In this document: piece after piece, positions 1 to 6,157 of the stretch
Layout: each line of letters starts with the position of its first letter
Position numbering within the stretch: position 1 is the first letter of the stretch
Virus record (IMG/VR): IMGVR_UViG_2778261300_000008
Reading direction: 5' to 3' (one strand)
Source: a virus
Taxonomy: Duplodnaviria > Heunggongvirae > Uroviricota > Caudoviricetes
DNA length: 10,613 bases
The notes under the pieces: generated by a model
Database searches by the model: none
What the model saw: only the letters and a program-made list of their open reading frames with translations
Told to the model about the DNA's origin: nothing
Translations under genes and position numbers: made by a program

Positions 1-183
1 CAGGCAGTTCATCGGCTCAATAACATACGGTGCCACCAGCGGATCCCACGGGACTGAGTTCCCTGCCCCCATGGGCACCCGCATATACTGAGCAACGGCA
101 TCAGCAACCCGCATTCGTCTCGGTGCGCGAAGGATATAACCTGAATCGGTTCGTGCTGCCTTTGCGGTTTCCTGATTCAGCAT
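1..183 (-). CDS. Terminase large subunit, N-terminal 61 codons (partial, runs off window start)
   Basis: The ATG at 181-183 overlaps the TAA stop of the upstream small-terminase gene by one base, and the reading frame stays open to position 1. Assignment is by position after the Nu1-like gene; I do not recognise the sequence itself. Confidence 0.45.
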   Translation of the reverse strand, partial: MLNQETAKAARTDSGYILRAPRRMRVADAVAQYMRVPMGAGNSVPWDPLVAPYVIEPMNCL

Positions 184-677
184 TACTCCTCCTGCTGTAA
201 TTCCTCCTCATCATCCGCACCTGCTTCAGTCACCCGCAGGGCTATCTGATCGCGCAGATCATCAATAATGGACTGAACACGGCTCACAGCGGCAGGCTGC
301 AGACCGCAGTCACGTTCAAGAATATCCGGTAATGTCTCCAGCACCTGCACGACCGCTTTTGCCCAGATGGCAAACTCCCGTCTGACATCACTGGCCGGAA
401 TGAGTTGTGCCGTTTCCTGTTCGAACTTAAGACGCTCACGTTCAGACTGATACCAGGCTTTGCGCTCATGCGCGTCCATTTCGCCTTCTGCAACCGGCGG
501 TGGTAATGCCAGAAATGCTGACACAATATCAACCACCCGATAAAGCTTGAGGTTGCTTTCATGCCCCCCTGCAACGGGTAGATTTTGCAGCCTTGCCGCA
601 GCAGTCTGGCGATGTACACCTGACAGTGCCGCCAGTTGACTGATATTCAGCGTCAGATTTTTTAACTCTCGCTCCAT
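183..677 (-). CDS. Terminase small subunit (Nu1-like DNA-packaging protein)
   Basis: 164-aa ORF whose N-terminus aligns by eye with the lambda Nu1 winged-HTH region (ISQLAALSGVHRQTAAARLQNLPVAGGHESNLKLY versus Nu1 KKQLADIFGASIRTIQNWQEQGMPVLRGGGKGNEVLY), followed by an acidic C-terminus. GGAG lies 8 nt upstream of the ATG, and a cos-like site sits about 175 bp upstream. Confidence 0.65.
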   Translation of the reverse strand: MERELKNLTLNISQLAALSGVHRQTAAARLQNLPVAGGHESNLKLYRVVDIVSAFLALPPPVAEGEMDAHERKAWYQSERERLKFEQETAQLIPASDVRREFAIWAKAVVQVLETLPDILERDCGLQPAAVSRVQSIIDDLRDQIALRVTEAGADDEEELQQEE

Positions 678-844
678 ACCCGCTCCAGAATGTTTTAAAC
701 ATGCATCTTGCGAACAACTTTAGGCAAACGGTGTTAGTGGTGAACAAAAAACAATCAAAATCGACACCATAAAAATAAAACCACCGTAATATCAATACAT
801 TACAGTAGTAGTGATGACGAATGAAATTTCAAAAACTAGCCTTT

Positions 845-870
845 TTCCGCGACGCTCCCGCCCCGTGGCA
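845..870 (-). other. Candidate cos site (cosN-like)
   Basis: The minus strand reads GGGCGGGAGCGTCGCGG, against lambda cosN GGGCGGCGACCTCGCGG as I recall it, and the following AT-rich stretch has GCTA/TTT/TGAAA/TTT elements like lambda cosB. It lies about 175 bp upstream of the small-terminase ATG; lambda cosN to Nu1 is about 190 bp. Confidence 0.4.
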
Positions 871-1256
871 GGCCACCCCACCGGGAGGACCCGTCAGCCT
901 GACAGCTCTGACGAACGTCTGATACAACGCCTTGCATGAATGGCATCGGGATAATCCAGAAAGGCATAGCATCGTGCCCACAAGAATCTGTGTAAGTGTC
1001 CTGTTTCTTCCACCCCCGCACAGGACTGGCGAGCATGAGGGACAAACCCGCGAACCATAAACGCGGTAAAAACCCGGTGTGCATCGTTTTTGATTATTCC
1101 CGCACACTCGCGCAGAAGGAGTTCCCCGTCGGGCTACGGTCTCTGTTAATACGGGAATACGGCGACGATACAGCGCATGATGTGTCAGGCTTGAATACCT
1201 TTATCCGTTAAAAGGGATATCAGTTAAGCTATCCCGTGTAGGGTATAAGCCATTAT

Positions 1257-1286
1257 CAAAGCCACTCTGTAGGGAGTGGCTTTTGT
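1257..1286. terminator. Bidirectional intrinsic terminator
   Basis: Stem GCCACTC (1261-1267) pairs with GAGTGGC (1274-1280) around a 6-nt loop, with AAA on the 5' side and TTTTGT on the 3' side. It lies between the lysis cassette and the cos region. Confidence 0.5.
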
Positions 1287-1492
1287 AATGGCAATAAAAA
1301 GCCCCGCGAATGCGAGGCTAAATCCTGGTATTTGTAATGACTGGCTCTTATCTCAACGCAGCCCCTTACCGCGCGCAAGATGCTCAATATCAAGCATCAG
1401 CAATGAGATGTTTAATCTGGATTCACTCCAGAAGTGATCACCATCCTGTCTACAGAGCCAGATGTGAAGGATGATGAGTAAAATTATCGCTA

Positions 1493-1960
1493 TCATCGAA
1501 GGCATTGCGTCCTGATGTATTCCTGAAGCGTTCTCAGTGCTGTTTGGTCGCGGATAATTCCGTCCCGGATACCGAGAACGTTTCGTCCAGCAACTGGAGA
1601 GAGTTCGACGGTGGCATCATTGCCCATGCCGGAGGCGCTGGAGGTTTCGGCTGAGGATGGCACAGGGCATTTTCCTTTGACGAACACCCGACCACCATTA
1701 TCAAGCTTGCGCCGAAGAGCATCATTTTCAGCTTTCGCATCAGCTAACTCCTTCGTGTATTTAGCATCGAGTGCATCAGCAGAACGCTGGCGCTGCTGCA
1801 TGTCAGTAATGGTGGCGGTCGCCTGCTTCAGCTCACTGACTTTTTTATCTCGCTGTTCTTTGTAGGCGATGGCGTTATCACGGTAATGATTGACCGCCCA
1901 CGACAGGCAGACGATGATGCAGATAACCAGAGCGGAGATAATCGCGGTTACTCTGCTCAT
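1493..1960 (-). CDS. Rz: i-spanin Rz
   Basis: The product [30 protein letters not shown]... closely matches lambda Rz as recalled. I place the start at the MSRV Met (1958-1960), which overlaps the endolysin stop, rather than at the first ATG of the ORF-track entry. Confidence 0.9.
   Translation of the reverse strand: MSRVTAIISALVICIIVCLSWAVNHYRDNAIAYKEQRDKKVSELKQATATITDMQQRQRSADALDAKYTKELADAKAENDALRRKLDNGGRVFVKGKCPVPSSAETSSASGMGNDATVELSPVAGRNVLGIRDGIIRDQTALRTLQEYIRTQCLR
1534..1740 (-). CDS. Rz1: o-spanin Rz1, lipoprotein embedded in the +1 frame of Rz
   Basis: Product [21 protein letters not shown]... has the lambda Rz1 N-terminus pattern, a lipobox (VVGC) and a proline-rich stretch, and is wholly embedded in Rz. 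Confidence 0.85.
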   Translation of the reverse strand: MRKLKMMLFGASLIMVVGCSSKENALCHPQPKPPAPPAWAMMPPSNSLQLLDETFSVSGTELSATKQH

Positions 1961-2454
1961 TGTTGCCCCCACAAACAGACTTCACGCTCAATCTCACGAC
2001 GAGTCATCAGGCCTTTCCATTGCTTACCGCCAGCGTATATCCAGCGACGTAGCTGGTCACATGCGCCTTTGATATCGCCCTGGTTTATTTTGCGAAGAAG
2101 CGTCGATGTTCTGAAATTGCCAGCACCCACGTTGTAGACGAACGAGTAAAGAGCGCCGCGCGTTGTTTCCGGTATATCGACTTTGATGTACGGGTTAATT
2201 TGTCTGGCAACCGTGGCAAGGTCTTTATTCAGGAGGGCTTTGCATTCTGCTTCGGTATACGTTTTACCGAGCATGATGTCTTTTCCGGTGTGTCCGTGAC
2301 ATACAGTCCATACGCCAACGATATCTTTGTATGGTATGTAGCTGACACCTTCCAGGCCATCGTCACCACTTGGGCCAGTGATTAACACTGATGCTATAGC
2401 AATTGCTCCGCCACCAATAGCAGCAGCAACTGCTTTTCGTAATGATGGAGGCAT
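1957..2454 (-). CDS. SAR endolysin (phage 21 R-type lysozyme)
   Basis: The 165-aa product begins [27 protein letters not shown], a glycine/alanine-rich signal-anchor-release N-terminus, and matches phage 21 R as recalled. The start overlaps the stop of the holin remnant (TAATG). Confidence 0.9.
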   Translation of the reverse strand: MPPSLRKAVAAAIGGGAIAIASVLITGPSGDDGLEGVSYIPYKDIVGVWTVCHGHTGKDIMLGKTYTEAECKALLNKDLATVARQINPYIKVDIPETTRGALYSFVYNVGAGNFRTSTLLRKINQGDIKGACDQLRRWIYAGGKQWKGLMTRREIEREVCLWGQQ

Positions 2455-2516
2455 TATTCACCTCTCGCAGCCTTGCGCTTATCTTCTTTAATCTTGAAAT
2501 AAAGGTTTGTCAGGTA
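2454..2516 (-). pseudogene. Pinholin (S21-like) 3' remnant, last ~19 codons only
   Basis: The minus-strand frame ending at the TAA that overlaps the endolysin ATG reads [20 protein letters not shown], matching the recalled S21 C-terminus LTNLYFKIREDRRKAARGE. Upstream of the Tyr codon the frame diverges (PG...), and no transmembrane segments or start codon are present. Confidence 0.6.
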
Positions 2517-2749
2517 CCCTGGCGACGCGCCTTACGCGTTAACCAGCCTTCTGCTTCCAGCCGTGCGATAGCCGTTCTGACGGTACTCATCCCCGCGCCA
2601 ATCTGACGGGCAATGGTTTCAATTGATGGCCAGCACACACCTTCGTCATTACTGAAATCAGCCAGGCGGGCCATAATTGCCACGCTGGATAACTTCATGC
2701 CTGATGCAGCGCAACCATCCCATACATAGCCGGTTAATTTAGTGCTCAT
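2510..2749 (-). pseudogene. Replication-initiator (O-like) N-terminal fragment, truncated at a deletion junction
   Basis: The 79-aa ORF MSTKLTGYVWDGCAASGMKLSSVAIMARLADFSNDEGVCWPSIETIARQIGAGMSTVRTAIARLEAEGWL has a winged-helix fold pattern typical of lambdoid replication-protein N-termini. AGAGG lies upstream of the ATG, and the frame ends with a short unrelated tail (TRKARRQGT*) as it enters the holin remnant. Confidence 0.55.
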
Positions 2750-2758
2750 GACCGACCT

Positions 2759-3097
2759 CTATTTCCCTGAATTTACGACGAAACTGTTCGAGCGGACTGA
2801 AGCATTCATGCTCATAACCTTCGCGGAGGTAGATAACCCGTTGTGTTTCCGGCTCCCAACGAATGACTCTGACGGGCACTCCGTAGTGATCTTTGAACCA
2901 GCAGTTAACTTGTCGCAAAGGACTGTCTCCTTCTGCCGGTTGAAATCACCCACAGCCCACTCTGCAAAGCTGTGGGTTACAATTTCCCTGTCACCTGGTA
3001 CATTCACTGCATAGCAATATTCCACCTTCGCTTTTCCACCCGGTACAGGAAGCGCAATCAGTTGCGAGCGACGGTAGTGTGTTGTTAAACTGTTCAT
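2759..3097 (-). CDS. Hypothetical protein in the early-right operon
   Basis: The 112-aa ORF is translationally coupled at both ends: its ATG overlaps the stop of the upstream gene (ATGA at 3094-3097), and its stop lies 8 nt before the replication-fragment start. I do not recognise the product. Confidence 0.45.
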   Translation of the reverse strand: MNSLTTHYRRSQLIALPVPGGKAKVEYCYAVNVPGDREIVTHSFAEWAVGDFNRQKETVLCDKLTAGSKITTECPSESFVGSRKHNGLSTSAKVMSMNASVRSNSFVVNSGK

Positions 3098-3663
3098 GCG
3101 TTAGTTTCTCCACAACCAGAAGCAATCGACGCCACGACGCCCGGAGCTGCACACTCGCGGGCGTCATTACTTTCTGAAATGCAAAAAATTTTGTAGACAA
3201 GTGCTGCATGCTCCTGCAGCTTCGAAATTGAGAGATACAGCTCGTCGTTAATTGCTGTCTTCTCATGCGGTTCCACTACACCGTCTTCGATTGCTGAACG
3301 AATCTGTTTTGAATAACTGCCGATCTGTTCAATGACTTCCAGCAGACGCTGGTTAATATCGGCGTTGTCCACATCCTCGACGTCAGGAAGAGACACAAAG
3401 ACGCCATTTGCAGACTGCGCCACAGCATCAGCAATGAAGTGAGTGCCACCAGCACGCTGTAAAACCATTGCCCATCCCAGCGGGAAAATCTGATCGCCAT
3501 CTGCACGAAGGCGGTTGAATAAAGCGTTTTCTGTTACATCGAGCCAGTCAGCCGCTTCAGCGTAACCACCCGGCAACGCCGCGATAGTTTTTCTGACAGC
3601 TTTCACGTACCACTCAGGCTGTTTTTCTATTTTCCAGTGATGCTTACCCACGATTAGCCTCAT
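3094..3663 (-). CDS. Putative CII/YdaT-like early regulatory protein
   Basis: 189-aa ORF immediately downstream of the Cro-like gene, the position occupied by cII or YdaT in lambdoid prophages. The Shine-Dalgarno is weak, and the family assignment is by position and general character only. Confidence 0.45.
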   Translation of the reverse strand: MRLIVGKHHWKIEKQPEWYVKAVRKTIAALPGGYAEAADWLDVTENALFNRLRADGDQIFPLGWAMVLQRAGGTHFIADAVAQSANGVFVSLPDVEDVDNADINQRLLEVIEQIGSYSKQIRSAIEDGVVEPHEKTAINDELYLSISKLQEHAALVYKIFCISESNDARECAAPGVVASIASGCGETNA

Positions 3664-3694
3664 CGTTCTGTGGTTAAAAATTGAAAGTGTTCTG

Positions 3695-3895
3695 CTAATC
3701 TTTCGGATAGATATCCGGTCTTAAGTCAGATTTCGTAATTGCACCTGACGTGCATTGCTCAAGTTTTTTAGCCAGCACAAAACTGGCTTTTTTATAGCCA
3801 TTGAAAACCAGCCGTAAGTAGCCAGGTGTTGAGCCAACTTTTCCGGCCAACTCGCCCTGCTGTTCTTTGGTTAAAGAGTCCCAATACGCTTTCAT
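3695..3895 (-). CDS. Cro/YdaS-like HTH regulator
   Basis: 66-aa product MKAYWDSLTKEQQGELAGKVGSTPGYLRLVFNGYKKASFVLAKKLEQCTSGAITKSDLRPDIYPKD is divergent from the repressor gene. GGAGGT lies about 9 nt upstream of the ATG at 3893-3895. The longer 167-aa ORF-track version (3695..4198) has no ribosome-binding site and overlaps the repressor. Confidence 0.75.
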   Translation of the reverse strand: MKAYWDSLTKEQQGELAGKVGSTPGYLRLVFNGYKKASFVLAKKLEQCTSGAITKSDLRPDIYPKD

Positions 3896-3897
3896 AC

Positions 3898-3922
3898 AAT
3901 ATGTACCTCCGGTGTACATATT
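3898..3922. promoter_or_regulatory. Operator palindrome (OR-like) overlapping the cro-side promoter -10 and leader
   Basis: Perfect 9-bp inverted repeat AATATGTAC (3898-3906) and GTACATATT (3914-3922) around a 7-bp spacer. It overlaps a minus-strand TAATAT -10 (3918-3923), with a TTGAAG -35 at 3940-3945. Confidence 0.5.
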
Positions 3923-3949
3923 ACATGATTGAAATGAACCTTCAAGATA

Positions 3950-3970
3950 CTTGTACCTTAACGGTACAAG
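3950..3970. promoter_or_regulatory. Operator palindrome (OR-like) overlapping the repressor promoter
   Basis: Perfect 8-bp inverted repeat CTTGTACC and GGTACAAG around a 5-bp spacer, sharing the TGTAC core with the other operators. A TTTAAT -10 at 3974-3979 places the transcription start near the cI ATG. Confidence 0.5.
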
Positions 3971-3985
3971 GGTTTTAATTTCGTT

Positions 3986-4660
3986 ATGAAAACAATCCAT
4001 GACATCCGGCGGTCTAACGCCAGAAAACTGAGAGATGGTGTTGGCGGGAATTCTTCCTTTGCCACTATGATTGATCGCGAGCCAACCCAGACCAGCAGGT
4101 TTATGGGAGATGGTGCTACTAAAAATATCGGTGACAGCATGGCACGACACATCGAAAAATGTTTCGACCTGCCTGTCGGATGGCTCGATCAAGAACACCA
4201 GACAACGAACATCACAAAAAAACCTGATGTTTCAATCACTAATAAACAAATCACATTAGTCCCTGTCATATCATGGGTACAGGCCGGAGCATGGAAAGAA
4301 GTTGGATATTCTGAGGTTGATTTGAGCACAGCAGAAACGTATCCCTGCCCTGTACCCTGTGGGGAAATGACTTATATCTTGCGGGTGATAGGTGATTCAA
4401 TGATTGATGAGTACCGCCCGGGAGACATGATTTTTGTCGATCCTGAAGTACCTGCCTGCCACGGTGACGACGTTATTGCATTGATGCACGATACAGGTGA
4501 AACCACCTTCAAAAGGTTGATAGAAGATGGGACACAGCGTTATCTCAAAGCGTTAAACCCAAACTGGCCTGAGCCTTACATTAAGATCAACGGTAATTGC
4601 TCTATAATTGGTACAGTGATTTTCTCAGGAAAACCAAGAAGATACAAAATCAAAGCCTAA
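3986..4660 (+). CDS. CI/C2-like prophage repressor with C-terminal S24 (LexA-type) peptidase domain
   Basis: The C-terminal half (VISWVQAGAWKEV...VIGDSMIDEYRPGDMIFVDPEV...TTFKRL...LNPNWPEPYIKINGNCSIIGTV) resembles the P22 C2 and lambda CI autocleavage domain, with an Ala-Gly site, a GDSM serine and an FKRL lysine. The N-terminal domain is diverged, there is no Shine-Dalgarno upstream, and an intrinsic terminator follows. Confidence 0.85.
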   Translation: MKTIHDIRRSNARKLRDGVGGNSSFATMIDREPTQTSRFMGDGATKNIGDSMARHIEKCFDLPVGWLDQEHQTTNITKKPDVSITNKQITLVPVISWVQAGAWKEVGYSEVDLSTAETYPCPVPCGEMTYILRVIGDSMIDEYRPGDMIFVDPEVPACHGDDVIALMHDTGETTFKRLIEDGTQRYLKALNPNWPEPYIKINGNCSIIGTVIFSGKPRRYKIKA

Positions 4661-4672
4661 TCAATGTTTATG

Positions 4673-4697
4673 AACCTGCTTCGGCAGGTTTTTTTAT
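4673..4697 (+). terminator. Intrinsic terminator of the repressor gene
   Basis: Stem AACCTGC, loop TTCG, stem GCAGGTT, then TTTTTAT, starting 13 bp after the cI stop. Confidence 0.7.
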
Positions 4698-4699
4698 AC

Positions 4700-4732
4700 T
4701 TGACAATGTACCTTTGAGATACATAATGTACC
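4700..4732 (+). promoter_or_regulatory. pL-like early-left promoter with overlapping operators (OL-like)
   Basis: TTGACA (4700-4705), a 16-bp spacer and CATAAT (4722-4727). The 11-bp perfect palindrome TACATAATGTA (4720-4730) overlaps the -10, and ATGTACC occurs at both 4706-4712 and 4726-4732, sharing the TGTAC core with the OR palindromes. Confidence 0.55.
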
Positions 4733-4853
4733 CAAGCGAAACAACGAACAGTCAGGACGCCCACGAAGTAGCCGCCTGGGGCATATGAAGTCCAGGATGA
4801 TTCGTTGAGTCATGTTGTGCCACTAGGCACTCATGTTAAAGCAGGTGTATGAA

Positions 4854-5129
4854 ATGAAAGTCCAGATTTTAAACAATAACTGTGAAGTCGTTTGGTCATA
4901 CGACATAGCCACCCCTGTAGATCAGAGCGGCGATAGCTGGACCAATGGGAAACATCAGATTATGGCTGGAGTTGTGTTCTCTTTACGCCGTGCTTTGGAA
5001 CAGGCTGAAGTATTTCCATCAGACCCTGAATGGAAATGGCCTTTTTCTATTTGTCCAAATTCGGAGAGCACATTTCAGAAAATTGGTCAGAAAGTCGCAC
5101 TCGAAGAGCATCAGCCAACTGTTTCCTGA
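4854..5129 (+). CDS. Hypothetical protein, first ORF downstream of pL (not N-like)
   Basis: AGGTG lies 6 nt upstream of the ATG at 4854 (the ORF track starts at 4833). The product is not arginine-rich and is unrecognised. Its 3' end overlaps the convergent ORF 5047..5292 by 83 nt, so one of the two may be spurious. Confidence 0.35.
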   Translation: MKVQILNNNCEVVWSYDIATPVDQSGDSWTNGKHQIMAGVVFSLRRALEQAEVFPSDPEWKWPFSICPNSESTFQKIGQKVALEEHQPTVS

Positions 5130-5292
5130 TTTTTTCAGGTAACTCGTCGGCATCGCAGAAACAACAACGCTCGATCATGTTGAAAGCCGATTCGTAGAAC
5201 TGTTTCTGCTGAGTGTCGCTGAGACAGGAAAAGAGCGACGTTACGATGATTTTATTAATTGCATTATCAAGTTCTTTTTCATCAAAAGTCAT
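5047..5292 (-). CDS. Hypothetical small Cys-containing protein, antisense to the pL transcript
   Basis: 81-aa ORF with AAGGA 8 nt upstream of the ATG. The composition is protein-like (helical, five Cys including a CCFC motif), the local DNA is AT-rich, and I do not recognise the product. Confidence 0.4.
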   Translation of the reverse strand: MTFDEKELDNAINKIIVTSLFSCLSDTQQKQFYESAFNMIERCCFCDADELPEKIRKQLADALRVRLSDQFSEMCSPNLDK

Positions 5293-5545
5293 TTGATTTT
5301 CCTTTTATGTATACGGGCTTAAAAGGATACCACCGAGCCTGAAGTGGTGAAAAGACAGGCACATAACAGCTAAGTATTTTCAACCAGAGAGAATCCTTAG
5401 CGTTGTGGTGAATGCGGCTCAGCGCACGCGGGTTAAGGTTGAAGCTGACAGTCGACCTTCTGTGAATACCCACCCGCCTGGTGTGCAACCTTCGCCAGGC
5501 ACCGGGAGGCACCCGGCACCACAACTTTATGCTGTGAGTAGTCCT

Positions 5546-5592
5546 GGCGGTACCAGCTTGTACCATTGCTTCCGGCTGGTACCGTCCTTTTT
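5546..5592 (+). terminator. Strong intrinsic terminator in the pL-operon path
   Basis: 12-bp stem GGCGGTACCAGC (5546-5557) pairs with GCTGGTACCGTC (5575-5586), with one G-U pair, around a 17-nt loop, followed by CTTTTTA. The loop contains CTTGTACC, identical to an OR operator half-site. Confidence 0.6.
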
Positions 5593-5681
5593 ACAAAACA
5601 GAGAAGAGCATCACCGGACGACGGGCTCATAACCCAATCCATCCGGGCGGCTGCCACCGCAGGTGTTCTTCTCTGTTTTGT
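5593..5681. repeat. 15-bp perfect inverted repeat flanking a 59-bp GC-rich spacer
   Basis: ACAAAACAGAGAAGA (5593-5607) and TCTTCTCTGTTTTGT (5667-5681); the pairing extends imperfectly to about 20 bp with wobbles. It lies directly after the terminator and about 50 bp before the yfdP-like start. Confidence 0.6.
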
Positions 5682-5729
5682 GGAGAAACTAACCGACCTT
5701 ACAGGGTCGATATGATGAGGAGCAGCAAA

Positions 5730-6092
5730 ATGGCTAGCGAACGCAGTACTGATGTGCAGGCATTTATCGGGGAGCTGGACGGCGGCGTATTTGAAACCAA
5801 AATCGGCGCAGTTCTCAGTGAAGTCGCTTCCGGTGTGATGAACACGAAAACCAAAGGTAAGGTCTCACTCAACCTGGAAATCGAACCATTTGATGAGAAC
5901 CGTGTGAAAATCAAACACAAACTCTCATATGTTCGCCCGACTAACCGCGGGAAAATTTCCGAAGAAGACACCACCGAAACGCCGATGTATGTCAATCGCG
6001 GTGGTCGCCTGACTATTCTGCAGGAAGACCAGGGACAATTACTGACTCTTGCCGGTGAACCTGACGGAAAACTCCGCGCAGCAGGTCATTAA
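5730..6092 (+). CDS. YfdP-like prophage protein of unknown function
   Basis: GAGGAG lies 8 nt upstream of the ATG at 5730 and falls inside the ORF-track N-terminal extension, so 5730 is the likelier start. The resulting 120-aa product MASERSTDVQAFIGELDGG... matches my recollection of KplE1/CPS-53 YfdP in size and sequence. Confidence 0.65.
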   Translation: MASERSTDVQAFIGELDGGVFETKIGAVLSEVASGVMNTKTKGKVSLNLEIEPFDENRVKIKHKLSYVRPTNRGKISEEDTTETPMYVNRGGRLTILQEDQGQLLTLAGEPDGKLRAAGH

Positions 6093-6157
6093 TATCGTTC
6101 TTAATTAACTGATTATTTATCTCATCACTGAATATCTTTATATAGTGAGGACTTATT

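Noticed and set aside
284-1211. ORF-track entries 284..619(-), 559..795(-), 829..1107(-), 836..1084(-) and 996..1211(+)
   Set aside because: They overlap the small-terminase gene out of frame or fall in the cos-proximal region, have Cys/Arg/Pro-rich low-complexity translations and mutually overlap; none has a convincing ribosome-binding site.
1611-2385. + strand ORFs 1611..1865, 1886..2137, 1890..2072 and 2200..2385
   Set aside because: All are antisense to the well-supported Rz, Rz1 and endolysin genes.
2742-3506. ORFs 2742..3014(+), 2991..3266(-) and 3276..3506(-)
   Set aside because: They overlap the translationally coupled minus-strand genes 2759..3097 and 3094..3663 in other frames or on the other strand; the coupled arrangement is more parsimonious.
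3695-4259. 167-aa extended version of the Cro-like ORF (3695..4198), plus 3958..4152(-) and 4071..4259(+)
   Set aside because: The extension would run through both promoters and operators and into the repressor gene with no ribosome-binding site; the internal ATG at 3895 has a strong GGAGGT. The other two overlap the repressor.
4597-4788. 63-aa + strand ORF spanning the repressor 3' end, terminator and pL-like promoter
   Set aside because: It reads through a terminator hairpin and promoter; a frame artefact.
5490-5535. tRNA-like 3' end (CCCGGCACCA after a CCGGG/CCCGG stem)
   Set aside because: The loop is 5 nt rather than a 7-nt T-loop and no acceptor or anticodon arms can be formed; a GC-rich hairpin, not a tRNA.
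5282-5657. ORFs 5282..5566(-), 5405..5632(+) and 5433..5657(-)
   Set aside because: Pro/Gly/Arg-rich translations of a GC-rich hairpin-dense region with no ribosome-binding sites; the region is better explained as structured non-coding DNA.
5593-5681. Retron msr/msd interpretation of the long inverted repeat
   Set aside because: No reverse-transcriptase gene is present anywhere in the window, and the repeats are longer and more widely spaced than typical a1/a2 repeats.
5712-5729. Upstream ATG starts for the yfdP-like gene (5712) and the yfdR-like gene (7083)
   Set aside because: The Shine-Dalgarno sequences (GAGGAG at 5716-5721, GGAG at 7096-7099) fall inside these extensions and are correctly spaced for the internal ATGs at 5730 and 7110.
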